DNA of 45,739 nucleotides, from contig JALMLS010000223.1 of assembly GCA_038496445.1 (NCBI GenBank), forward strand, positions 1 to 45,739. Reading direction: 5' to 3'. Below the pieces are notes generated by a model. It had not been told where the DNA came from. It made no database searches and was given only the letters and a program-made list of their open reading frames with translations. Source of the stretch: Trichosphaerium sp. ATCC 40318 (lineage: Eukaryota > Protista > Tubulinea). Position 1 is the stretch's first letter. The number at the start of each line of letters is the position of its first letter. This document shows, piece by piece, positions 14,581 to 24,992 of this stretch. Both the position numbers and the translations under genes were made by a program.

Positions 14581-16133
14581 CGTAGGTATATTGGATATGA
14601 TGAGGAGTTGCTTCGTCCTTGTAGAAATGAGATTATGACCAAAATGTCCTAAAATTCAAACTGTACTATTGCAGTTTTTTGTAGAGAGGAGAAAATAGTA
14701 TCTATCGCTTTTTCTCATTCCTTACGCGCGTATGGGTACATGTAGGATGAATAGTACGATTTGTCATAAAAATATAACAGAAATAGCGCATACTATGAAT
14801 AAACCCAATAAACATCTACCAGCGTGCGTATTTGGACCATCAAACATGTTTCTAGCAAGTTTCAAAATAATTAACAAAAGTCAGTCCGAAAATGAGCATT
14901 CCTCTGCGTCTTGGCTTGCATGACCCGATTATCCATCTACACAACCGAAGAAATGACTTGCAGTTTATTCCGCAGCAATGACGGTTCTCTATTCACAGCG
15001 CCAAGGCTCTATACGCTAACGAAATGTTACCTACAGTCTGTTTAAAAAAGAAACTCTTTACTATGAAATGAAAACTCTGTAACAACGTTACGAACCTCGG
15101 TAAGTCGAATCTACTAATACAAATCGCCTAAAAGAGCTCAACACCCCAAGATAAATCGCTAAAATGAGTAAAAAAGATGCGAAGCGACAAAATGAGTACT
15201 GGACTATCTTGGTTTCTACGTACATTCTTTTTACCGACAAGAGGCGTGGTTGTAATACCTGTTCTAAGCGCAATCCTTTCAAGCGCTATTACTCCATTTT
15301 ATATGTCAATTTGTATGGCGATCAATTGAATATTGTTATTTCGTTCCAGTGAACACTCGTAATGAACCAGCGGCGTATACAATTGCTTTTGAGTCGTCTG
15401 TGTTTGTAAAATTGGAACGCTGTTAAAACAGGTCCTAAATTGGTGCTATTTGCTTTAGTTTCGCGTCGTACGCCTGCAGTAATTTCTATGATGCGGTGTA
15501 GGACAAATGAACTTATTTAAAGTAGGAACGCTCTGAACATTGGTTATGAGTCATGTTGAACATAATTGAGTTGTTTTAGTACCGTTTTAGGAGGTATGGA
15601 GCGATTTGATGTTTTTGTTCGGTGCTAGTTGGGCTACTGGTTTGATCGATTCGTGTCCTGTTGAGTTTTTACGTTCTCCTGGCGTATTTTAAACCAATAC
15701 CTGCTTATCCTCAAATTAGATAATGCGCAAAGCTTACCACTGTACGTGGTAGTAAGTTGTAACGTACGTGGATCGTCAAGAAACTAGTTGATGCCGTTTG
15801 TTGTTAAAACAGCTGGTATTCTATTTTTGGTTGCTACAAAGGCCATAACTGCGCGCGATAGCTGTTTGGCGTGTTTTGATCAACAATGACTTAAATTTAA
15901 GGTGGCTTAACATACTTGATCAAAACACGTACGCTGCACAACAAACGTGAGTCTAGAAGTGTTACAAGCAAACTAGATCGTGTTAATACGGTAGTGCTGC
16001 TATCCATTCAATAAACTACACAGCACTCATTGTGAAGAACTCTACATTTGTCAGTCTGGTAAACACTTGATTTACTTGTTCTAGCTGTCTTTTTATTTCG
16101 TAATTTTTTCTTTTCGTTTTGAAATTTGTCTAT

Positions 16134-18397
16134 TTATGTCTGACCTTCTACTGCGCCAACATACCCGGCTTTTTTATGATTTATAATCCATAATACTATC
16201 CCAACTATAATTATGAATGCAATTGCACTCAAAGAAACACCAAGGATTAGAGCAAGGTTCGTTTCTTGTTTTTCTTGTGTACATTTTGATCCAGAAAGAA
16301 CAGCGAATAACGCATTGTTACGTTGCTCCCATCTTACACCAATATTAACGCAATCATCTCCATCCGTTGTAATCACTGTATTATTGAATGGGTCTATATT
16401 TTGGTCTGAGCACGTGTGTCGTATGACATCAAGAGTCACCTGAAACGAACAAGGTTTTAATTTTTTTTTTCTTTTTGAATTTAACAAAAAACTAACCTCC
16501 GATCCATTTAGTATCCTGTCTAGTTCGCTTGAATCCAAGGTTATATTGAGAGTACCTTTGGAAATATCCGCGCAACCTTGTACTATAACTGTGGCTTCTG
16601 TGGATAAAACTACAACACTCTCTGTAGTCAAAGACACGTCTCCTAGGTAAGAAATTACACGGTTTTTTTACAGATTTTTTGTGATGCTCACCAACGATTG
16701 TAGTCTCAGTCAGAACGATAATAACGCCTGTATCTAAGATAGGTACAATCCACGATCCATTCTCGCATCTTGCTGATTTTGCTGGTGGCGGACATTGACA
16801 AGATGCATTACATTGATTTATCAGCCAAAGAGGAGTAAGAACTGTTACATTTTGGTAATTATCAGCAATATACAACCGGAAATTTTCCAAATCTTGAGTG
16901 ATACTTTGTGGGTGATACATATCGATTATTTGTGATGGTACCGCTACGATGTAGTGTTAATATTTTGTGTTATTCCATAAGAATAGCAAGCACGTGTTTA
17001 CATTGATGAGTTATGGGTGGTTCAAAAATAGCAACTTGATCACCGTGTGTTACTGAAATTATCAAGTTGCCGAGCAAATCAACTGCTGCTCCAAGAGGGG
17101 TATTGAATTTTGAAATACTTGTATCGTTTAACTCGAATAAGTATGTCCCTATAAGACTTGGTTTAGTTGAGATAAGAATTATTAATTTTGAATGTGGCGA
17201 ATACCTGTGGACTCCTCGAAAACAAAAATGTTGTGTCTTCTTGAAAGAAGATAAACTCTTCCGTTTTCTTCATCTAGTGCAATACCCTGTTTCGCATTTC
17301 ATTAATAAGATTCCTTCATACTATTACATTCGTCTTTGTACCTGTGGATCTTCATAGGGAGAAAAGTCTTGAAGATAAGCTACTTCCAATCGAGGTGCTT
17401 TTTTTTCTTGTTAGCATATTTTTTCTACGAATGCGGTATTGCTTACTTCCTTCTATGTTTATCTTTAATCCTTGGGATGCTTCAGAGTTTGCAACGTATA
17501 TATGCGTAAACGCTTTGTTGAAAACAGTTTGTCGAGTTGCTACTGGATGGTAAGTACGTTGCCAACATCCTGATAATTTTTTGAAAAGAAAAACTTGCAC
17601 CATCTAATGTAGCTCCATCTATGTCAGGTCCAAATGAACGTAATAGATTCAAGTTGTAGTCAACTACAAACTAAAATTAATAAGCAACGGCTGTATGAGC
17701 TCATGCGTGGTTAAGAGTTACCATAGTTGCGGAGTGAGAACAAAAAAGAAAGAAGAATTAACAAACTCAAAATAATTTTTTTGATAATTGCATAAAAGAC
17801 CACGTTCTTTTCAGCTATTTTGTAAGCTGATAAAGAATCCGCAGTGTACATTTCCCGCTGTTTTTTTATGTCCGATTTTATAAAATCTACCTCGTCGTAA
17901 CACGTGGTATTTTTCGCAAAACTTTTCTCTTGTGAAAACGCACAAAAATACTTTTCTCTGCGTCAACAAAATATATGTGCTTCCGTTTACGATCTACAGC
18001 ACAACCTTGAGGGTTTACTAGATTTTCACCAAGATACTCTGTTTGTTCTTGTACTAGCGTCCCTATTTGTAAAGAAACAAACCAATTAGTTTTTTTGATT
18101 AAAACAAATTGGTAAATAAATAAACTATGATATTAATAACACTCTTGTTGACGACATTCGTACAATTTTTAGTGTATAGTGATATCCTTTTTTCACGTGT
18201 TACCGCTAGTAAACCATTACCAAGATAATCTACTTCTTGTGGCCCTTCGTCAAGAACAGCTGTTTGTGTGACGTCGTATACTATAGGTACCTCTATTAAT
18301 TACATGGGAAGGGAAATAAAAAAGTATTACTTTTTGCAAAGGAAGGTGCGCAATAGAGCATAGAGAGTATTATACACGCTTCTAACGCCAATGGCAT
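16134..18397 (-). CDS. type-I membrane/cell-surface protein (multi-exon), function unknown
   Basis: Signal-like MPLALEACIILSMLYCAPSFA. Cys-containing juxtamembrane region (CQCPPP..RCENGSW, VQGCA, DDC, SKC), then TM LALILGVSLSAIAFIIIVGIVLWII and a short tail. 5' exons less certain. Confidence 0.65.
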
Positions 18398-19162
18398 CCA
18401 ATAAAACCTCATTACAGCCTTTAACACTGAGGGCGCTTTGAATTCTATCTTTTGGAATGGTCAGCTTTTTTCATCTTGTAACAAATCGAAGAAAAGCACG
18501 TGTTGTGTATTGCAAAACACTTAATAAGTAGTTATATATTTGTGACATGGCTATATCTCTAGTAAACTTACATAACGTAACCTTGCTATGATCACGTGCT
18601 GATAAAAATAGAGGTTGCATTTCAACTTATTCGGTTATTAAAAAGCAATGATTGTTTCCTTTCTCAACTTGTTTGTAGCCAATCATACGACCAAACCTTT
18701 TACCAATTAATGATGTACAAATGGCTAATGGCGTGGATGCCATGAAATTGTTCATTTGTTGCGTATTCAGATTCTGACGATACGAAAGAACAAGAGAAAC
18801 AAAAGGAAACATTAGTGTTCACAGTGACAATAGTGTTGTCTTAGAAAGGCATAGTGTCGTCCTTTTACACATCGTATTTGTACATGTCGACAGTGTCAAG
18901 CAACTATGAATGATAAATTGGAAGTGAATGTAGCGAAAGAAATGGTTCAAGAATGTAAATACAATAATCATTCATGGCAATGAGGTTTATGGTTTAATTC
19001 AATCAAGGTTTGGGTATTCAAGGTGCTCATCAGGTTGACATGTATAAAGAAAGAAAAAAAAACCGTATTTCAATCTTGTGGTTTAAAAGAATTAAATGAT
19101 CAATCTATATTCTTTGTACTCACAACTACACCAAGCACCTCAGCCCTAAACATCAAAAAATT

Positions 19163-19492
19163 ATGGCTGCTACTCCTGAATGTCGGATCAAATCAATTAC
19201 TGAACTTGAAATTGCTATTATTGAACACGCGTTAAGTACAAAAGGCCACTATGGATGGGTGCTATTTGGACCTATCTTGCTAGTAAAACACGTATCTCAC
19301 TTGATACGTATAGTATTACACGATCACATTCTTATACAAGCGAGCTTCCCAGAACACAAAATACCTTTCGCTCTACTTAATAAAGTGTTCGTTATGATCA
19401 CAACACAAGGACCATTTCCAAAAGGACAGTACTTTCCTGTAAGTTCAAGAAATAATTACCAAGAGTATTTACGAAGACATGGAGTAAACTAA
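19163..19492 (+). CDS. small orphan protein, divergent family member
   Basis: NKVFVMITTQGPFPKGQYFPVSSRNNYQEYLRRHG aligns ungapped to the family motif. TCAATC motifs upstream. Confidence 0.65.
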   Translation: MAATPECRIKSITELEIAIIEHALSTKGHYGWVLFGPILLVKHVSHLIRIVLHDHILIQASFPEHKIPFALLNKVFVMITTQGPFPKGQYFPVSSRNNYQEYLRRHGVN

Positions 19493-20207
19493 ATATCTGT
19501 AACAAATTATGAATCAATCAATAAACGCTTTTAAGTGAACGTTGAGTCCTCTCAGAAGTTTATGATAGCCAACACTGAAAGCGTACAACAGAGCTTTCTT
19601 TAAGTATAGTGCTGACTGAACAGGAATTAGTGTACTCATTTTGCCATAACGCTGTTGAGGTGAGGAGAAACTCGAAAATAGACTTAAAAAAAAAAGTGTC
19701 AAAACAATTTCCTTTGTTGACATTGTGTTAGGTCCCTATCGTCCATTGGCTCCTACAAACAACAGCGCCTGATTGTAGGACAACCTATCTATTGGCTTGA
19801 CCGCTTGGTCACAAAGCCTGATACCCTTGATTTATTAAAGTCGCAGACACAATAAAACAACCACCTAAAAACCACCTACTTTTCCGATTACATTGTAGTC
19901 AATACACAATTGCTCTAGCCGTTGTTACTCCTCTAGGTTGTTGACTTTGTATGTTAAATCGCCAACCTCCCTTACCCTCCAACGTCCGTAAAACCCGGTT
20001 TGTACAGCCATAAGGTTTTAAAAACGACTCAAGATAGAAACTAGGATCGTTTCTTTCTCACCACGAATATCAATCAGGTTTTTTTTTGATTGATAGTGCG
20101 GACTACGTAATTAGTCTCCATGTACAACAACGCTAGTTCTGGGTAAACATGTTAAAGTAGATATCTCTTGTTTGTTAGAATACAGGCTTTTATTATCCAA
20201 TACAAGT

Positions 20208-20537
20208 CTACAATTTTTTTCTGTTTCTTTTTTTCGCTGATTTGCATGGTTTAACGCCTTGTTTTTTAAGTAGCTTCTTGTACTTTCTTCTCATTTTTTT
20301 AGGTAGAATATCTGTTGGTGGGAATGTGCCTCCTGCCATTAGAAGAGTATATACTTGGTTCATCTTATCATCCATATTAGATGTGTTTGGTATTAAGTAA
20401 TCGAGAAGAGGGAATGAAATTGTGTTGTCAAGCTCTTCTTCCATCATATCAGCTAGACGTTCTATTTCAGGTGCATCATAGCATGCTTGTAGCTCATTAA
20501 CTGACTCTGCTAACTCAAAGGAATATGTTTCGGACAT
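20208..20537 (-). CDS. small orphan protein, cluster member 1
   Basis: MNQVYTLLMAGGTFPPTDILPKKMRRKYKKLLKKQG. Shares the conserved upstream block (about 100 bp). Acidic N-terminus and basic tail. Confidence 0.8.
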   Translation of the reverse strand: MSETYSFELAESVNELQACYDAPEIERLADMMEEELDNTISFPLLDYLIPNTSNMDDKMNQVYTLLMAGGTFPPTDILPKKMRRKYKKLLKKQGVKPCKSAKKRNRKKL

Positions 20538-21058
20538 GTTGTGTGTTGTGTTGTGTTGTTAAAATAATGAACTTTTTTCATGATTGATTTGGATCTTACA
20601 TTCTCTTAACGTAACAAATATCAATCACTTGTGATTGGTTTGAGTGACCTTTCAATCATTGACAGCATTTATCTATTCGTTCATGCGAAAGCATACTTTG
20701 CCTTGACGTGGTAGTTCAAATTTCTAACGCTGAAGTTGAATTAACCGCATTTTTCAATCAGTTTATCATCACAAACTCTAAACTGCTCAAGCGCCTGTAA
20801 TTCGCTCGTTTTATTCATCACTACATCCGTTGCTACTTCCGCTATCGCTTTTGGGAGATACAACTTGCTAAGCTAATGTATCCAATCCGAAAACAGACGT
20901 TCCCACTGCAATATTATACGACAAGTATTGCGTGAGGTGTGGTTTATTGCTTATTTAAGAAACGACAAAGGAATAACGATTTAATTGAGGTATTTATTTA
21001 TTTTAATGTGTTTATGATGCAGTCTATGCGTTGTTGTAGGCTATTAGCATGTTTTTGG

Positions 21059-21295
21059 TCATATTAGAATACCACATTTTCTCAAATGGTTTTTGTACTT
21101 TCTTCTCACTTTTTTAGGGAGTTTGTCCATTGGAGGGAATCTACAGCCTGCCATTAACAATCCATAGACTTCTGTCATATCCTCGTTATCTTTGTTCCAT
21201 TTTTGGAGGTATTCAATAAACGGGTTGGCAACTTGTTGTTCTTGTTGCGCCTCTTGTGGATTGTTTGCTTGCTTTGAATTGTTTGTATTGGACAT
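21059..21295 (-). CDS. small orphan protein, cluster member 2
   Basis: YLQKWNKDNEDMTEVYGLLMAGCRFPPMDKLPKKVRRKYKNHLRKCGILI. ORF intact across all paralogues. Confidence 0.85.
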   Translation of the reverse strand: MSNTNNSKQANNPQEAQQEQQVANPFIEYLQKWNKDNEDMTEVYGLLMAGCRFPPMDKLPKKVRRKYKNHLRKCGILI

Positions 21296-21580
21296 GTTGT
21301 GCGTTGTGTTGTGTTGTTAAAATTATGATCTTTTTTCATGATTGATTTTGATCTTACATTCTCTTAACGTAACAAATATCAATCACTTGAGTGATACCCT
21401 TTGAACGTATACTAGATTTTACTTGTCCAATGTGCATTGCACCGAGTGTGAGTATTATTCAATTTATCACTCAAGTGATTGATATTTGTTACGTTAAGAG
21501 AATGTAAGATCAAAATCAATCACGAAAAAAGATCATAATTTTAACAACACAACACAACGCACAACATGTCCAATACAAAC
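21281..21580. repeat. near-perfect inverted repeat (arms about 21281-21396 and 21465-21580) forming a divergent promoter pair
   Basis: The arms are reverse complements with one mismatch seen (CATG/CACG). 68 bp spacer. Confidence 0.9.
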
Positions 21581-21850
21581 TTCTCAGTACAAACAAACAG
21601 TATACCAGAGGCACAAGAACTTGATGATATGATTTATGCAATGCGATATATTGCAATTGAAGAAGGAAATCAATTCGATGACATTGTGCTTATTAAATAC
21701 CTTCAAAAATGGAATACAGATAACGAAGATATGACAGAAGTATATCTTATGTTAATGGATGGTTGTCGATTCCCTCCAATGGACAAACTCCCTAAAAAAG
21801 TGAGAAGAAAGTACAAAAACCACTTGAGAAAATGTGGTATTCTCATCTAA
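21566..21850 (+). CDS. small orphan protein, cluster member 3
   Basis: Same C-terminal domain with a distinct N-terminal segment (ELDDMIYAMRYIAIEEG). Confidence 0.85.
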   Translation: MSNTNFSVQTNSIPEAQELDDMIYAMRYIAIEEGNQFDDIVLIKYLQKWNTDNEDMTEVYLMLMDGCRFPPMDKLPKKVRRKYKNHLRKCGILI

Positions 21851-22574
21851 GCAAACGCTTTCTCGCTCTTTGTCAACAACAAAGCCAATACTGTACCATA
21901 TCATAAACATTAAAAACAAATAAATACCTCTATTGAACCGTTATTCCTTTGTCGTTACTTAAGAGCAATAAATACCAACACTACAGTAGCCGCCATTACC
22001 AGATACACTAACTGGAAACATGGTAGACCCAAATATCAAAAAGACAGATTTCGTAGGTTGTCGCTTCACGGCTATAGCCGATTACATATTTGTTGCTGAG
22101 TTTGTTAACCGGACCACAACTCCTAGATTATTGGACTCTCATTTCTCGTTTTTTGTTAACACTGTGAGCTTTGAGTTTGTTTTAACAAGTAACAATCCCA
22201 TATTTACAAGCATTTGTCACAGCAACTATGAGCCATGGTAATGGTTTATGTTGTGAGGTATGACGCTTTAAAAAACAGAAATCGTTATTTTTTTATCGAT
22301 AATACAGGTCAACACCATAGTCAGATGTAGGCAATAGCGGATGATGCAGGTGATAAATAACCATACACAATGGAGAAAAATAACCCGTTTTGGTTTCTGG
22401 TTTGATGGTCAATCTGCTGATTGAAATATACGTTTAATCACCTTTACACTATAATACAGTTATACCAACCACGCCATTGGCAAAACCAGTCTTATCATTA
22501 TCACGCTACAATATAGAAAAGTGTCAATGATTGAAAGGTACCACCAACCAGTGATTGAAAGGAGTAACTCATAC

Positions 22575-22671
22575 CAATCAAGTGATTGATATTTGTTACG
22601 TTAAGAGAATGTAAGATCAAAATCAATCACGAACAAGATCATAATATTAACAACACAACACAACGCACAAC
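22575..22671 (+). promoter_or_regulatory. conserved upstream block of the orphan family (also upstream of the starts at 20537, 21295, 21566, 23865, 24335)
   Basis: CAAGTGATTGATATTTGTTACGTTAAGAGAATGTAAGATC.AAATCAATCACGAA...AACAACACAACACAACGCACAAC-ATG is nearly identical in six copies. Confidence 0.75.
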
Positions 22672-22905
22672 ATGTCCAATACAAACAATTCAAAGCAAAC
22701 AAACAATACACAAGAGACAGAACAACAACAAGTTGCCAACCTATTTATCGAATACCTTCAGAAATGGAACAAAGATAACGAGGATATGACAGAAGTATAT
22801 GGATTGTTAATGGCAGGCTGTAGATTCCCTCCAATGGACAAACTCCCTAAAAAAGTGAGAAGAAAGTACAAAAAGCATTTGAGAAAATGTGGTATTCTAA
22901 TCTAA
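22672..22905 (+). CDS. small orphan protein, cluster member 4
   Basis: Near-identical to the proteins at 21059 and 23632. Confidence 0.85.
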   Translation: MSNTNNSKQTNNTQETEQQQVANLFIEYLQKWNKDNEDMTEVYGLLMAGCRFPPMDKLPKKVRRKYKKHLRKCGILI

Positions 22906-23052
22906 GCAAACGCCTTCTCGCTCTTTGTCAACAAAGCCAATACTGTACCATAAACATTAAAAACAAATAAATACCTCTATTGAACCGTTATTACTTGTCG
23001 TTACTTAAACAAGCAATAACATAAGAAGTAGTCAGGTCAACAAGACTGGTTA

Positions 23053-23248
23053 TAAGCCTGAATTTGCGGGATGGTTTGTGAACATAGGAGACCTTGTGCA
23101 ACACTGCAAGCTATCCTTTAGTGTATCCTTATGGAGGATTAGGCAAGCATAAAATTAGAAAGGCACGTGAGTGCTACAAATTGGGGTGGCCTGTTCAAAG
23201 TAGGCTTAACCTAACGTCGAAAAAATAGCGTTTTTTCATGTCAAATCC
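23053..23248. mobile_element. MITE-like element, copy truncated on the left
   Basis: Homologous to 35021-35211 (TAAGCCTGA...CTGCAAGCTATCC.TTAGTGTATCCTTAT.GAGGA...CACGTG..GCTACAAA...GTAGGCTTAAC...GTCAAATCC). Confidence 0.7.
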
Positions 23249-23631
23249 GTATTTCTGATTGAAACGTTTTTCACGCACTCAAATCACCTTTACCTTGTAA
23301 TGTTTGTACCTATCACGCCATTTTGATAAACAGTTAACTTGCATAAGGTATCAAATGTAATCCGAGTTATACTCAACCTAGTACATCCGTTGTTACTTCC
23401 TTACTCATTTTTTTGACTATCCGGCTCACTACTTTAATCTACGCAAAAAGATTTTTGTGCAAGCCACAAATTAATGTATGATGTTGTGCTGCGACTATCT
23501 TTAAGCGAGGTATTATTTATTGCTTGTTTAAGAAACGACAAAGGAATAACGATATTATTGAGGTATTTATTTATTTTAGTGTGTTTATGATACAGTTTAC
23601 GCATTGTTGTAGGCTATTAGCATGTTTTTGG

Positions 23632-23865
23632 TCAGATTAGAATACCACATTTTCTCAAATGCTTTTTGTACTTTCTTCTCACTTTTTTAGGGAGTTTGTC
23701 CATTGGAGGGAATCTACAGCCTGCCATTAACAATCCATAGACTTCTGTCATATCCTCGTTATCTTTATTCCATTTTTGAAGGTATTCAATAAACGGGTTG
23801 GCAACTTCTTGTTGTTCCGCCTCTTGTGTATTGTTTGTTTGCTTTGAATTGTTTGTATTGGACAT
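23632..23865 (-). CDS. small orphan protein, cluster member 5
   Basis: Near-identical to the proteins at 21059 and 22672. Confidence 0.85.
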   Translation of the reverse strand: MSNTNNSKQTNNTQEAEQQEVANPFIEYLQKWNKDNEDMTEVYGLLMAGCRFPPMDKLPKKVRRKYKKHLRKCGILI

Positions 23866-24334
23866 GTTGTGCGTTGTGTTGTGTTGTAAAATTAAGAACT
23901 TTTTTCGTGATTGATTTGGATCTTACGTTCTCTTAACGTAACAAATATCAATCACTTGTGATTGGTTTGAGTGATACCCTTCAATCATTGACACTTATAC
24001 GATAGCTTAACAGTACAGCAAATATTGTGAATTACATGGTATAATGTCTTACAATGTAAAAGTGTTGAACTAAACGTATTTCAATCAGAAGATTGAATAT
24101 AAAGATGACAACTTTAGTGATTCAGCGTTATCACAACTATTGCTGTCATATAAGTATCCAACGATTGAAATGTGTGACTAAAACCAATCATGAATGAATA
24201 GATAAATGCTGTCAATGAAAAGTATCACTCAAACCAATCACAAGTGATTGATATTTGTTACGTTAAGAGAATGTAAGATCCAAATCAATCACGAAAAAAG
24301 ATCATATTTTTAACAACACAACACAACGCACAAC

Positions 24335-24601
24335 ATGTCCAATGCAAACAACTCATTCACTTCATTAGACTCACTTAGTGACGGTGATACTATGGATGTT
24401 ACACTTGATGAACAACAGAATGTTATTCATCGATCACCGCTCATTGGTTACTTTCAAACATGGAATAAAGATAACGAGGATATGACAGAAGTATATGGAT
24501 TATTAATGGCAGGCTGTAAATTCCCTCCAATGGACAAACTCCCTAAAAGAGTGAGAAGAAAGTACAAAAACCACTTGAGAAAATGCGGTCTTCTAATCTG
24601 A
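24335..24601 (+). CDS. small orphan protein, cluster member 6
   Basis: Same C-terminal domain with a distinct acidic N-terminus (SLDSLSDGDTMDVTLDE). Confidence 0.85.
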   Translation: MSNANNSFTSLDSLSDGDTMDVTLDEQQNVIHRSPLIGYFQTWNKDNEDMTEVYGLLMAGCKFPPMDKLPKRVRRKYKNHLRKCGLLI

Positions 24602-24992
24602 ACAAAAACGTTCCAATAATTGCAATCAACGCCAAAGGCATTGTAGCTACTACTTGTAACTCGCGTTGTTGCATTGGCTTCAACATAAATAAAACTATCA
24701 TATTTTTCAATCAAAAATGTACCACAATTAATGCAGGCGCGTGTTAGAGAGTATCCGGTAATATAAACGCAGCGTGACATGTTAACCTGTTTTCTGTTAA
24801 ATCTTATTCTTTCCCTTATAAACGGTCCTATTGTGACCTATTGGGACGTTGCACAATGCTGTAAAACTAGAACGTGTAATTTAGCATTGCCTGAAGTCTA
24901 CAGACTGTCCGAACATTTCGAAAAAACCAGAATTTCTTGTTTTTGATTGAAATTTCTACTCCGCTCAGTAATAATTTGAGCCTTGTTCCTTG

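Noticed and set aside
14700-15800. Short ORFs and coding-like patches
   Set aside because: No recognisable motif or coherent exon chain.
19514-19723. 69 aa minus ORF or possible snoRNA near CCAAT-like boxes
   Set aside because: No homology, and C/D boxes are not canonical.
20208-24601. CRISPR array or histone cluster interpretation of the repeats
   Set aside because: Units are whole genes in both orientations, with no repeat-spacer periodicity, no cas genes and no histone-fold motifs.
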